DNA of 64,000 nucleotides, from positions 320,001 to 384,000 of the forward strand of contig JBGAHS010000009.1 in the NCBI GenBank assembly GCA_044226015.1. The letters are read 5' to 3'. The stretch is from Candidatus Obscuribacteraceae bacterium (GTDB lineage: Bacteria; Cyanobacteriota; Vampirovibrionia; Obscuribacterales; Obscuribacteraceae). The translations under genes were made by a program, and so were the position numbers. Positions 40,527-52,774 of the stretch are shown here, one piece after another (within the stretch, counting starts at the first letter, position 1; each line of letters opens with the position of its first letter). The notes under the pieces were generated by a model. The model was not told the DNA's origin, did not search any database, and was given only the letters and a program-made list of their open reading frames with translations.

Positions 40527-41924
40527 ATGAGACTGGAAGCAGATCACCTCAGTCCAATGGACATTTTTAAAATTGGTGTTGGCCCGTCGTCCTCCCACAC
40601 GGTAGGACCCATGATTGCAGCTCTTGATTTTCGCCAACACTCAGAGCAATTCTTGAAAAGTCATGAAGCGAATTCAGTTCGTATCACTGTTGAATTGTTC
40701 GGTAGTCTTTCCGCCACCGGGCTGGGTCACGGCACCGATGGAGCCGTTTGCGCTGGTCTTGCTGGGCTACATCCTCGTCATTCAGAAACCGATGATATTT
40801 GGGCTGCTATGCCTAAACTGGTCAGCCATCCGCAGATGACTATCGCCGGAAAAACAGTCGATTTTCAGCCCGAGAAAGACATAATCTGGCAAGCATGGAC
40901 TGTGGACGATCAAGCCCTTGCGCACCCGAATACAATGAGATTCCGGCTTCTTGCCAATGACTCCTCTCTACTTATGGAAGAGATGATAATCTCGGTTGGA
41001 GGTGGCTTTATCGAACATATTGATCCTAAAACTAAAAAGCGTAGTGATGCATCTGAGGAAGAACCGGGAGCGCCCATTCCGTTTCCGTTTGTTACTGCAG
41101 CTGATTTTGTGAAGCTCTGTACCGAGAAGAACATGCAACCGTGGGATCTCGTTATAGCGAATCAAACCGCATTGGGGCACAACGAGGAAATGGTGCGCGC
41201 GCATTTAGACGCAGTGTTGGATAATATGGAAGCCTGCATCGAAAAAGGACTCACCACAGATGGTATCTTGCCAGGTGGGTTAAACGTGAAGCGCAGAGCC
41301 AAAGATCTCTATGAACGTAGCCTCACCGGTGCGACCCCTGAATGGGCAGGAAATGACCTTCGTCCGTCTGTTTATGCCATGGCAGTCAATGAAGAAAATG
41401 CTGCTGGCGGTAGGGTGGTTACTGCACCTACCAACGGAAGTTCAGGTCTGATTCCAGCGGTATTTAGATTGCTGCGAGAAAAGCATAATTTAGATCGACG
41501 AACCATGCAGAACGGCTTAATTGTTGCTTCCGTTATTGGTGCGTTAGTGAAAACACATGCCTCCATCAGTGGTGCTGAGGTTGGCTGCCAGGGTGAGGTC
41601 GGCACTTCATGTGCAATGGCTGCGGCTGGTGCAGTTGCGATGCTGGGTGGAAGCATTCAGCAGATCGAACAAGCCGCTGAAATTGGCATCGAACATCACC
41701 TGGGCATGACTTGCGACCCCATTAAGGGGCTGGTGCAAATTCCCTGTATTGAACGAAATGCGATGGGGGCAGTTAAGGCGCTGAATGCTGCGGCTCTATC
41801 CCTGGTGTCTGATGGACATCATATGATAAGTCTCGACCGGGTTCTGAAAGTGATGAAAGAAACTGGTCTGGACATGAACCAGAAATATAAGGAAACTGCT
41901 ACAGGCGGACTCGCTCTGGGATAG
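40527..41924 (+). CDS. sdaA: L-serine ammonia-lyase (Fe-S, single chain)
   Basis: GVGPSSSHTVGPM, TAPTNG, GAEVGCQGEVG, TCDP, IPCIERN, YKETATGGLA. Confidence 0.95.
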   Translation: MRLEADHLSPMDIFKIGVGPSSSHTVGPMIAALDFRQHSEQFLKSHEANSVRITVELFGSLSATGLGHGTDGAVCAGLAGLHPRHSETDDIWAAMPKLVSHPQMTIAGKTVDFQPEKDIIWQAWTVDDQALAHPNTMRFRLLANDSSLLMEEMIISVGGGFIEHIDPKTKKRSDASEEEPGAPIPFPFVTAADFVKLCTEKNMQPWDLVIANQTALGHNEEMVRAHLDAVLDNMEACIEKGLTTDGILPGGLNVKRRAKDLYERSLTGATPEWAGNDLRPSVYAMAVNEENAAGGRVVTAPTNGSSGLIPAVFRLLREKHNLDRRTMQNGLIVASVIGALVKTHASISGAEVGCQGEVGTSCAMAAAGAVAMLGGSIQQIEQAAEIGIEHHLGMTCDPIKGLVQIPCIERNAMGAVKALNAAALSLVSDGHHMISLDRVLKVMKETGLDMNQKYKETATGGLALG

Positions 41925-42047
41925 CTGCTTTTGTGGAATCTTACTTTGCTACTGGGAGTGAAGTAAAGGGTAGAATTTGCCGCTACTTCAATGCCAGAAT
42001 AGCAGCGCTCATATAGAGAGAACGCTCATTTGAAGAGAGGGTTGTTT

Positions 42048-42308
42048 ATGCATCGCAAAATTTCTGCGCTCGCGCTTTCTTTGCTACTAGGTTTAGCCTT
42101 GGTTCCTGTTGCTTTAGCGGATGATCCGCCGCCTGCTGGCGATCAGCAAGCTGCTGCTGGTCAGGGTGGAAAGCAAGGTGGTGGACGCAGGCTCGGACGT
42201 CTACGCAATCGTCTTGGCGGCATGAGAAAACATAGAAGACACAAGAAGCATCAGCAAGGTGCCGACGCTCAAAACGGTGCACAAACGGCACCACCGCAGA
42301 GCAACTAG
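42048..42308 (+). CDS. Small secreted basic low-complexity protein
   Basis: GAGG RBS, signal peptide (VALA-DD), terminator-like hairpin at 42334-42364. Confidence 0.65.
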   Translation: MHRKISALALSLLLGLALVPVALADDPPPAGDQQAAAGQGGKQGGGRRLGRLRNRLGGMRKHRRHKKHQQGADAQNGAQTAPPQSN

Positions 42309-42571
42309 GACGAAAACAAATTTGAGTCTTATAAAAGCGGGAAGGATATCTGTCCTTCCCGTTTCGCTTGCTGACAGTTGCTTGCGAGTTTTGAAAAAAT
42401 TGGATTCGCTCACCTGAAAATGGGCATTTTGAGGCGATGATATACACGATTCTGCTGCTTGACATTGCGTTAAGCCGGTTTTACTATGATGATCCCAGTC
42501 CATGGTTGGATGGTTTACCAAAAAACAACTTAGCTCCATCACTCCTGATTGCGTTTGCAATCGAGGTACCC

Positions 42572-43324
42572 ATGTTTCTTAGAAAGGAAGGCATGGCTGG
42601 ACATGATCCCACAGATAGTGGGACATACTCGTCTGCCAGAAAACGTCGCTTTAACCCTCAAATAGTGCCGTCTCATCCCAATGAGGTACCATTTTTCAGT
42701 ACCTCTAGTTATGGTGGCGAAGCTAAAGGTCTAGCTCGCAAACGCGAGGTCGCTCGCCTCTTTTCCCGAATGAGAGATGAGTTGCGAGAGATTGCCGAGG
42801 AGTTTGCTGACGAGACAGCCATATTTCCATGCGCTGCAAACACCGTCAGAAAGGGTATTCTCGTAGAAATGTTAGTTGCCACAGAATTTGTTTCCGATGA
42901 GCTAGACTCGGCTATTGCGGCACTCTGTCAGGCTGGAGCTGCGGCAAAAAGCCGAGGCGCAACTACCCAGCAAATAGAAAAAATTGCAAGACAGGCACGG
43001 AGCTTTTCTCGTCTGCAATCTCGAATCAGCGAGTTTCAGCGAGAAGTCGACAGTATGGTTGAACTTACACTGAGAGCCTTTCACGATTATCAGGTTCAGA
43101 CTTCACTCAATTTTGATCCTCTATCCTGTGGTGCAGGACAACCTTTCGTTCATCTCTTTCTTAGCGCAGTGAGCGAGACGGTTGAGGTGCTTTCCGTCTT
43201 AGCCGAGGAAGCACTCAAAAAGCGCGATTTCGAAACTGTCACTGAACTCTGTTCTTGCAATCTTCAATTGAACAATTTTCTGCTCGATGTGCAGCGAATT
43301 CTCAAGGAAAACAGCGAAGTTTGA
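42572..43324 (+). CDS. Helical hypothetical protein
   Basis: Long ORF; start uncertain (42572 or 42593, both with RBS-like sequence). Confidence 0.6.
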   Translation: MFLRKEGMAGHDPTDSGTYSSARKRRFNPQIVPSHPNEVPFFSTSSYGGEAKGLARKREVARLFSRMRDELREIAEEFADETAIFPCAANTVRKGILVEMLVATEFVSDELDSAIAALCQAGAAAKSRGATTQQIEKIARQARSFSRLQSRISEFQREVDSMVELTLRAFHDYQVQTSLNFDPLSCGAGQPFVHLFLSAVSETVEVLSVLAEEALKKRDFETVTELCSCNLQLNNFLLDVQRILKENSEV

Positions 43325-43368
43325 ACACCTGAAGAGCTTGGGCGTGACAATCTGGGTAGATTGTTGCT

Positions 43369-46300
43369 ATGGAGCAAATAAATAAGCACTTCAGGGGCAA
43401 AATTGATAATCGCTACACCGTCATAGCTCACCTGGGCGATGGCGGAATGGGATTTGTGTTTAAGGCCATTGAAGATGATCTTGAACGTGTAGTCGCTTTG
43501 AAAATGCTGCATGAAAGCCTGCTTTCCGATGCCGAGAGCCTTTCTCGTTTTCAGCGTGAGAGTAGGCTTTTATCAAGTCTGTCGCATAAAAACGTCCTGA
43601 CGTTTTACCGTTTTGGTGTCTGGAATGAAGTTTATCCATTCATAGCGATGGAGTATTTCGAAGGACGAACGCTTAAGTCAGTTATTTCAAATGAACCGAT
43701 GCAGCCCTCGAGAGTACTGAAAATTGCGTTGCAGATAGCTTCGGCAGTAAGTTATTTGCATTCCAGTGGGGTGGTGCATAGGGATTTGACCTCTAATAAT
43801 GTGATGGTGGCAGATGAGCCTGAAGCTGATTTTGTGAAGCTATTGGATTTTGGTTTGGCAAAGCTTTTGACTCCGGACGCTTCGGAGCAGCGCCTCACAA
43901 AGACGGGGATCCTATTGGGTTCTGTCTCTTATATGAGTCCTGAGCAGGCATCTGGAAAAGTGGCTGATAATCGCTCTGATATCTATTCTTTTGGCTGCAT
44001 TCTTTTCGAGATGTTGACAGGTCGACTGCCATTCGAGGCAGATAATCCCATAGGTTTGATGCACAAGCATGTGCATGAACCTGCACCAACTATCGGCACA
44101 TTTATGCCATCGCATTCAGTGTCATATGGACTTGAGAAGATAGTAATGCGCTGTCTTGAGAAAATGCCGGAAAACAGATTTCAGTCAGCTCAAGAATTGT
44201 TAGAAAGCCTAACTCACGAGGGTTCTTTAAGTCCATCGTCTTCTCGAAAAATTCCAAGAGGGACTCTAAGCAAAGCGAAAATCGCTGTTGCAGTTTTGTT
44301 TGTTTTTTTCGGAGTTTTTTTATTCGAAAGAGTGTGGCGAACTCATCCCTATTTAACTGAGCAACAAAATCTTGAAAAGGTTCTTCTTTCGGTGAACTCT
44401 CTGAGTCCTAGAGATGCGATGAGCTTACTTGAGAATTCGCTGAATAGCGATATCATGAGAAAAGAAAAGTCTTTGCTGAAAGCACGAGCTGTTTCTAAAC
44501 TTGCTTCGTTGGAACTTGCTTACGGCGACAAGAAAAAAGCCCGCCAGGATGCTGAGCGGGCCCTTGTGCTTCTAGCCAACGTAGCTAGAAGCAAGCAAAA
44601 CATGAAGAATGCCGAGTCAGATTTGCAGTTCAGCGAATCGGTTTCAAGCATAACGCAGATTTTGTGTGCTGTACCATCTGATAAACGCAAGCCGCCGACG
44701 CAATTGATTTTGGCTATGGAGGAATTGCGCTCTACTTTTGATCAGAAGCATATGCCTGGAATTGCTGCTCAATTGTCCTTTTGCCAACTTTCTTTTGTGC
44801 TGAGAGGAAAGAGGGGTGACACTGCTGTGCAGTCCATTCTCGAACATCTAAATCATCATCTACTTCAATTCAATCCAGCAGGTTCCGAAAAAACTCAGTT
44901 CGTTCTCGATTCATTTGCAAAACAGACAGCAGTTCTCTGTACTAAAGCAGATCTTAGCGAGCTGAGTAAAAGGCACATACTACATTGTATGTTGCGCTGT
45001 GTAGAGAAATGGCTCGTACTTGCTTCTAGCGAAAACGCAGAGCTGTTGCTCCATGAAATTCTTCCCGAGCCTAGAAAGCACGGGCAGGAACTTGCTATTC
45101 TTTCGTCAATTTATGGAAACAGAATAGATTTGTTCAGGCATGACTTTAGTAGCGTGCGCAACAAAGTAATAGATAACTTGCTTGCCTTGCAAAATGGTAT
45201 ACACAGTGAATTTGTTTGCAGCGCGACGGTTGAGCAACTTATATCTGTCCTGGTAAGTTGTTCTTATGATGATCGGGCGCTGCCCGCTATGGAAAAACTT
45301 TATCAACGTTCTGAGGATTTGCCTCTAGACATGAAAGTGTGGATAGCGAACGGATTAGCCAAGCTATACATGTTGAAAGGGCAGTATGAAAAGGCTAACA
45401 ATGTTCTTTCTGTTTATGTCTTGTCTCCTAAGTTTGCTCATTCATTGCGAACAACAATGTACATTGACTATCTGGATAATCTCATCAATTTGCGGCAGAC
45501 CGATAAGGCAAAGAATATTTTTCATGTGATTGCACTGGCAAATGAGCTTCAGCTGAGCAATCCTTTCTTTTTCAAAGAATCACATTCCTTAGTATCTAGC
45601 CTTAAGCTCAGACTAGCTCTGGTGAAAGAAGACCCTCAAGAAGCACGTGACATGCTGACTGAGCTCTTGCTAGATGACGAAAATGATCACTTCGCAATAA
45701 TTGACTGGAACTCTGAGTTCCTGCAGCTAAAGCGTCTGACAAAGCGACAAGAATACGAGAAGATCTTGGCTCCAATAGTCGAGCATCGCTTGAACTATCT
45801 AACAAAATTAGCTCCACATGATTTGTTTGAGCAACTCGGTATGTTATTTGGAAATGTTCGGCTAACGGCAGGAACTGCTTTTGCTGGCAAGCTTGCGAAA
45901 GCTGAATTGAAAGCCGCCAGAGCTTGTGGAAATGCAGATAAAATTATGCTGGCAAATGCTCATTTGGGAGATGTCTTAACAGAGGAAGATCGCGGATTTG
46001 AACGTAGCGCTGACCTTTACCTGTCGGCCGCTAATTTGAGCAGTTTGCCCCCCGCTCGTGATGACTTGATCTTCCGCATACTCGCTGTCTATGTCTACAA
46101 GGGAGATTTTAAGTCTGCCAAAGATTATCTGGAAAAAATTCAAAGTTCAACTCTAAATGAGTACCGCAAGATCTACATTCAGTCTTTGAAAAGGACTGTT
46201 TCAATTTTAGCTTGTGATTCTGCCGCAGAACTTGCTGCTTGCGATCAACATATTGCTTTGACGAAGAACTTTCCCCTTGAGCATTTTACTGCGGAACTTA

Positions 46301-47262
46301 ATGTGGTTGGAACCAAGCTTGCTCTTAATAAGGACTGTAGCGCTGACCTTGCAGAGTTGAATAGAGAGTTGAATCAGCTTTCCCCTATGGGCGAAGTTGC
46401 ATTTAATTGTGCCATCAGATTTGCGGAGCTCAACGCCGTTGTTAAATGTAGAGAGGCTGCGGCACACGGGCTAAGCTTGAGTCAGCGGGAATTGAGCCGT
46501 GAATTTCTTTCTGCCTATTACAAGTCGTTTGTAGAGAATTTTTGCGGAGTAGTGGATCGATCAATCTCCAATTCTGAACTCGACAGAGCGTATCGCTTGC
46601 AACAATTTTGTCAGGAAAATGCAAGCATTTACCTGGCGCAGCGGACTCTTTCCAACTTGTCTTTGAAGGAAATTTCGCCACCTGGTCTGTTCAAATCTCG
46701 TGCGTTTGTACTGATGGCAAATTCCTATGCTCGAATGGAAAATCCTGACAAGGCTGAAGAATTTTATGAGAGTGCCTATCGAATTTCGTCTTACAGCCCA
46801 GAATACAATTCGATAATTGAGTACTTGCAGCGTCTAAGCAAAAGAGATCCTCGCGCTGCATTTCCCATTGCAGAGCAGGCCTCGTCTGAATCTGCGAATC
46901 TGGGAGTTGCTCGCTCTGCGTTGTTAACTCTCGCGGCAGATCTAGCTGCCACAAAGAAGCAAATGACTCTGGCAAAGCAGTACTATGATTGGTCACTGGT
47001 TGAAGATTTGATATATGACCAGCTACAAAATCGACACATCTTAATTTACCGATTTGCCAAAATGTCTATCATTTCAAGGGAAGAGAGAAACTATATCGCT
47101 GCAGAAAAGTACTCGAGAATCTGCTTTTCACTGCTTCTGAGAGAGGGCTATCCTAATAGTGATACATGGAAAGGAGTGATCGAATCTCATTGCTTGAATT
47201 TGCACTTGCTAGGAAAAGACAAGGAAGCCCAGGAACTAAAGGCAAAATACTTTATTAATTGA
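43369..47262 (+). CDS. Hanks-type Ser/Thr kinase with TM helix and large helical/TPR-like C-terminal region
   Basis: GDGGMG, VALK, HRDLTSNN, DFG, YMSPEQ, DIYSFG; TM IAVAVLFVFFGVFLF. Confidence 0.92.
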   Translation: MEQINKHFRGKIDNRYTVIAHLGDGGMGFVFKAIEDDLERVVALKMLHESLLSDAESLSRFQRESRLLSSLSHKNVLTFYRFGVWNEVYPFIAMEYFEGRTLKSVISNEPMQPSRVLKIALQIASAVSYLHSSGVVHRDLTSNNVMVADEPEADFVKLLDFGLAKLLTPDASEQRLTKTGILLGSVSYMSPEQASGKVADNRSDIYSFGCILFEMLTGRLPFEADNPIGLMHKHVHEPAPTIGTFMPSHSVSYGLEKIVMRCLEKMPENRFQSAQELLESLTHEGSLSPSSSRKIPRGTLSKAKIAVAVLFVFFGVFLFERVWRTHPYLTEQQNLEKVLLSVNSLSPRDAMSLLENSLNSDIMRKEKSLLKARAVSKLASLELAYGDKKKARQDAERALVLLANVARSKQNMKNAESDLQFSESVSSITQILCAVPSDKRKPPTQLILAMEELRSTFDQKHMPGIAAQLSFCQLSFVLRGKRGDTAVQSILEHLNHHLLQFNPAGSEKTQFVLDSFAKQTAVLCTKADLSELSKRHILHCMLRCVEKWLVLASSENAELLLHEILPEPRKHGQELAILSSIYGNRIDLFRHDFSSVRNKVIDNLLALQNGIHSEFVCSATVEQLISVLVSCSYDDRALPAMEKLYQRSEDLPLDMKVWIANGLAKLYMLKGQYEKANNVLSVYVLSPKFAHSLRTTMYIDYLDNLINLRQTDKAKNIFHVIALANELQLSNPFFFKESHSLVSSLKLRLALVKEDPQEARDMLTELLLDDENDHFAIIDWNSEFLQLKRLTKRQEYEKILAPIVEHRLNYLTKLAPHDLFEQLGMLFGNVRLTAGTAFAGKLAKAELKAARACGNADKIMLANAHLGDVLTEEDRGFERSADLYLSAANLSSLPPARDDLIFRILAVYVYKGDFKSAKDYLEKIQSSTLNEYRKIYIQSLKRTVSILACDSAAELAACDQHIALTKNFPLEHFTAELNVVGTKLALNKDCSADLAELNRELNQLSPMGEVAFNCAIRFAELNAVVKCREAAAHGLSLSQRELSREFLSAYYKSFVENFCGVVDRSISNSELDRAYRLQQFCQENASIYLAQRTLSNLSLKEISPPGLFKSRAFVLMANSYARMENPDKAEEFYESAYRISSYSPEYNSIIEYLQRLSKRDPRAAFPIAEQASSESANLGVARSALLTLAADLAATKKQMTLAKQYYDWSLVEDLIYDQLQNRHILIYRFAKMSIISREERNYIAAEKYSRICFSLLLREGYPNSDTWKGVIESHCLNLHLLGKDKEAQELKAKYFIN

Positions 47263-47271
47263 AGACCTTGA

Positions 47272-48180
47272 TTATCGAGTCTGCGTGCCAGTAAGAAGCC
47301 GCTCGCGTATGTGATCTGCGAGAATTTTGTAAGAGGCTGCTAGCCTGGATTTCTCCTCCAGAACTGCTCCTTTATTGATCGCGATTGTTGATGATCTGTG
47401 GTCACTGGGTAACTCATGGAAGATTTTTATTCCCCGTTTCTTCAGTGCAGTTGCAGTCTTAGTGGATGGACTTGTAGACAAAACTATCATTCTTGCAATT
47501 GCGATAAAAAGAGCACTTGCAATGACAACTACCGTTACTGAGCTGCTAGAATCCGTCTTTGCAAAAGACAGAATAAGCAAAAGTATCAGGCAAGAAAGAG
47601 CTACGAATCTCTCTATTATGGGATTTCCCATTTCTCTATGGCTTATCACGAAGAGTTCTTTACCATTTAACGGTTTGAAGCGAGGGCTATTGAGCAGTAA
47701 TTTGAAATCGATGGCTGCATTTGCAGCCTGGGGAGAGTCTGAGGCAATGTAGAGAATAAGATCTGATTTCATCATTGCCATTTTGCTTAGCTCGACATGG
47801 TGTGGATGTGGAAGGTCTATCACAACAAAATCAAATTCCATTTTGCATTGATCAAAAAGTTCCTTCATTGCCTCGTCCACATCTTCTGCAAATTGTCCGT
47901 AGCCGATCATCGGGAATCCAACAGCATATAGATCTGCAGAAATGTTGATGGCGAAATCTGAGATTTTGTTTGCATCAGAGTTGCTCAAGGCTGATTTGCG
48001 AAATGCTTTTTGTGCGTCCTGGTTCAAGTAAAGAAGAGCGACACTGAAATCCAAATTCAAGTCGATAAGGCAACACTTGCCAGATTTGGACAATTGGTGA
48101 GCGAGCTGCACAGCTGAGAATGTCACGCCTTGCCCGCCAATCGCACTATATACCGAAATAACCAGGCTCTTCTTGTTCAT
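47272..48180 (-). CDS. CpaE/TadZ-like ParA-superfamily protein with inserted hydrophobic hairpin
   Basis: SAIGGQGVT, LIDLN, FVVIDLP, AINKG. Confidence 0.7.
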   Translation of the reverse strand: MNKKSLVISVYSAIGGQGVTFSAVQLAHQLSKSGKCCLIDLNLDFSVALLYLNQDAQKAFRKSALSNSDANKISDFAINISADLYAVGFPMIGYGQFAEDVDEAMKELFDQCKMEFDFVVIDLPHPHHVELSKMAMMKSDLILYIASDSPQAANAAIDFKLLLNSPRFKPLNGKELFVISHREMGNPIIERFVALSCLILLLILSFAKTDSSSSVTVVVIASALFIAIARMIVLSTSPSTKTATALKKRGIKIFHELPSDHRSSTIAINKGAVLEEKSRLAASYKILADHIRERLLTGTQTR

Positions 48181-48869
48181 GACTGCTGAAACTCAGAGAG
48201 TAGTTTTGACAACAGTAGTTTTATGCTGTTGGCAAAGGCACCATTAACGCTGAGTTTTGATTTTCCTAAAAGTGAAGGGTCAACTGCAATTTCATGAAAA
48301 GGCGATTGACCCAGTTTTGCATGAATTTCATCAACTATTGCTTTGGGCTGCCAACTTGTTTTGTTTATGACAACTCTGCATTTGTCACGAACCGAATCGG
48401 GTGAGCCTTCCAAAAATGCCTTGGTTGCAGCAATCTTCGACCAGTGGTTTTCTGTTAGCAGAATGATTGTGTCAGCTATATCAAGACCAGCTTGCAATTC
48501 TGGAGCTAGGAAAGTGGAGGGTAAATCGATAACAGTAAATTGAAACACCTTTTGACAATTAGAAAAGTGATTTTTCCAGTCATGCAAGTCTGATACTGTC
48601 GATGGTGGCGCTGGAAAAAACTTCAATTTGTTTTGCCCAGTGACGGTTAATTGCGGAATAAATGGTGAGTTCAGATTGATGGCTACTGGAAGGCGGTCTT
48701 GTGGTAAAGATGCATTCGTCTTCAGTAATGAGCCGATGTTTGAGAAATCTGAATGCGTGTCTACAATTGCAGTTTCTGATTTCTCTGCAAACCTATGAGC
48801 CAGGTGCACAGCCACGGTGCTTACACCAACACCGCCACTTGGACTGAAGACTGCAAAGATCTTGTTCAT
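48177..48869 (-). CDS. CpaE/TadZ-like ParA-superfamily protein
   Basis: SPSGGVGVST, IVD, TVIDLP, VVINK. Confidence 0.75.
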   Translation of the reverse strand: MNKIFAVFSPSGGVGVSTVAVHLAHRFAEKSETAIVDTHSDFSNIGSLLKTNASLPQDRLPVAINLNSPFIPQLTVTGQNKLKFFPAPPSTVSDLHDWKNHFSNCQKVFQFTVIDLPSTFLAPELQAGLDIADTIILLTENHWSKIAATKAFLEGSPDSVRDKCRVVINKTSWQPKAIVDEIHAKLGQSPFHEIAVDPSLLGKSKLSVNGAFANSIKLLLSKLLSEFQQS

Positions 48870-49004
48870 GATGCATTTAAGATAACATGCCCATCTTTGT
48901 TGAGGAATACTTTTTGCCGGGCGGGCTTCGTAAGCAAAATGCGCTTCTAACTAGGATCGGAAGCTGCTTCAATTTGCTGTTCTCAACCAGAGTATTTTAA
49001 AAGC

Positions 49005-49032
49005 AAAAAAGCGAGCATATAGCTCGCTTTTT
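49005..49032 (-). terminator. Intrinsic terminator of the 16S transcript
   Basis: Minus strand GCGAGC-TATAT-GCTCGC-TTTTTT. Confidence 0.8.
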
Positions 49033-49260
49033 AGATGTATCAAGATTTGAACCTTGATGACTGAATAGCCTCGAACGTCCTGTCTACCTCTTCTTAACTA
49101 GTATTTGAGTAGATCCTATTTTTTTTAATCCGACTAGTTAAGCATCACTGGTACCGACCTGTGAGATTGTGCTTTTGAAGTCAAAGCCCGTGAGAGCATT
49201 TGACCGCACCTTTGTTGGAAGTCAACCCAATATACACCATGGGTCTATCCAAAATCTCCC

Positions 49261-50756
<1,496 letters not shown>

Positions 50757-50904
50757 TAGACTCGACTGGAGTACAGTCATGTCTAAGAGTGTTTGAAAGC
50801 CTACTCAAATTCTTGACAGGATTCGTCTTTGGCTATTCAGTTATCAGGGTTCAAAATTTCGCTCGCTCGCAGCGATTTGCACGCCGCATCTCGAACGTTC
50901 ATAA

Positions 50905-50933
50905 ATAGTACCAAGCGCAATCCGAAGTGTCAA
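50905..50933 (-). promoter_or_regulatory. Sigma70-type rRNA promoter
   Basis: TTGACA-17 bp-TACTAT with extended TGn, ~150 nt upstream of the 16S. Confidence 0.85.
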
Positions 50934-51244
50934 ATCTCGAAACCCACAAAACAGGTGATCTTGTAGTTCTGTGAATAGATTTCCTGTACAGGTTTCCTTA
51001 AGGATCCATTTTGGCATCTATTGAAGTACCGGTAAATAAGGGCTTTTCGGCGATCAAGATTTTGGCTCTAGAAATCAAAAAACGTTTGATCGTTGTGTCA
51101 AACATCATGCATTTTTTTCTTGATTCGATATTTTCGGGTCCGGAAATCCCGCTTTTCAAGCCGAACTTGCATACATATATAAGTACTGGATGCTTAGCGT
51201 TTGATAAGAAACGGATTCAAAATGCTGGAAATTCCTGTGCTAAT

Positions 51245-52387
51245 TCAGAAGGAATTGCGCAGTTCTCTCGCGAGAATATTGGGTGATGTAGCCTTTCTTG
51301 CCCCAGTGATCACATACACTCTAGATCCACTTGTTCCACACATAAGATAGGAATCGGACATCTTACAGATGAGTTCGTTGTTTCCACGCTGCACAGTTTT
51401 TTTGCTCAAAGAAGCCATGTTTTCTGCGTATGTGTTGAATGTGTTTTGTGCCGTGCCTGAGTTGGAATATTCAGTAAGAAGCAGTTTCAGTCGTTCTGCA
51501 ATTGGTCTTGAATAAGCGTAGTCAGCATAAGCTGCGCCTTGAGAATGGTCCAAATTCAACGACTCAATAAAAGGTACATTCGAATAATGCATGGCTGACT
51601 TAGATCCCATGAAGTATCTCTCGCTGCCTTTCAATCTCTCAAAATGAGGCAGGGCTGCAATAACTTTCGGTTCTTTCGATTCTGCTTGTTTCGTCGGAAT
51701 CAAGGACGTTATTTTGTCGGCCAGCTTGATGAGGACTTCTTTTGCTTCATCATCATCTTCTTCAGAACTATCCAGTATGAGCAGGAACTTAGCAGAGTGG
51801 AACGTGATGCTTCTCTCGTCCTCTGATGAGCCATCTCCTCTAGCTATAAAAGTAGATGAGCCCTCCCTCATAGTTGAATATGCACCGAAGGCTCCGTCAG
51901 AAGTTTTGAAACGCAAGAGATAGACTGTGCAAACTCTATGTCCACGCTTGAATTGTTTTTCCGTGACATTGCTGCAGCCATATTCAATTAGTACAGAGCT
52001 TGGCTTTCGTGCAATTTCCTCAATGGGTTTATTGTCACTATTTAGTAACTGGTTTTCGGCAAGATGTATGGAACTGCCTGCTTTTGCTTCCCATCCTTGA
52101 ACCGAAAGCGTGTCAAGAAAAGCTGCATCACGCTCGCCATCGGAGGTGAAAATTCTAGGGGACGGTGCAACTGGTGGCATCGATGAAGCCTTCGTTACAG
52201 AGTCTAAAACTGGTGCTTGTTGAATATATGTACCGGGTTTAGTGCTGGTAGATTGCTTCTTTTGTTCTGTCTCGTCAGCGTACGAAACGTCCATTCCAAG
52301 CCCAACACAAAGCAAAATGGCTTGATAGAAAGCATGACACTTTCGCAAAGCTACCTTCTTATATATAGGATGGATTTTTTCGAGCAT
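51245..52387 (-). CDS. Exported protein, DUF6599-like
   Basis: Signal-like N-terminus; VYLLRFKTSDGAFGAYS motif; family call tentative. Confidence 0.65.
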   Translation of the reverse strand: MLEKIHPIYKKVALRKCHAFYQAILLCVGLGMDVSYADETEQKKQSTSTKPGTYIQQAPVLDSVTKASSMPPVAPSPRIFTSDGERDAAFLDTLSVQGWEAKAGSSIHLAENQLLNSDNKPIEEIARKPSSVLIEYGCSNVTEKQFKRGHRVCTVYLLRFKTSDGAFGAYSTMREGSSTFIARGDGSSEDERSITFHSAKFLLILDSSEEDDDEAKEVLIKLADKITSLIPTKQAESKEPKVIAALPHFERLKGSERYFMGSKSAMHYSNVPFIESLNLDHSQGAAYADYAYSRPIAERLKLLLTEYSNSGTAQNTFNTYAENMASLSKKTVQRGNNELICKMSDSYLMCGTSGSRVYVITGARKATSPNILARELRNSF

Positions 52388-52619
52388 CTAAAAATCACCC
52401 GAGTAACTCATCGAAGTAAAGCAGATTCCTGCTTATAAGAATACACAAGTTTCTACTTATTAAATCCTGTTATTGTCATGTGGAGAGCGGCTGCTGCGGC
52501 TCTTTGTGATTGTACTTTCATGATTGCCATTTCATTCACCTGGCTCTTGTTGCCGAAAGCATGAGTTTCGGCTGCTCGTGATATTTATATTTTGCTGTCA
52601 CCGCTGGTGGTATCAAGTC

Positions 52620-52651
52620 AAAGAGCTCACCTGGGCGGAGGTGAGCTCTTT
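52620..52651. terminator. Strong hairpin, probable terminator of a minus-strand intergenic RNA
   Basis: AAAGAGCTCACCT-N6-AGGTGAGCTCTTT. Confidence 0.7.
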
Positions 52652-52652
52652 A

Positions 52653-52774
52653 TTTGGGCTATGTATTACCGGGTGCTTTGAGTGAGGGAGGGAGGTTGAA
52701 CCCGGTAATTTTGTTTTGGGCTATGTATTGTCGGATGCTTTTGAGTGAGGGAGGGAGGTTGAACCCGACAATTT
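52653..52774 (-). ncRNA. Candidate structured RNA: two tandem ~60-nt hairpins with CU-rich loops
   Basis: Direct repeat with period 62; compensatory stem changes; near-identical loops. Confidence 0.6.
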
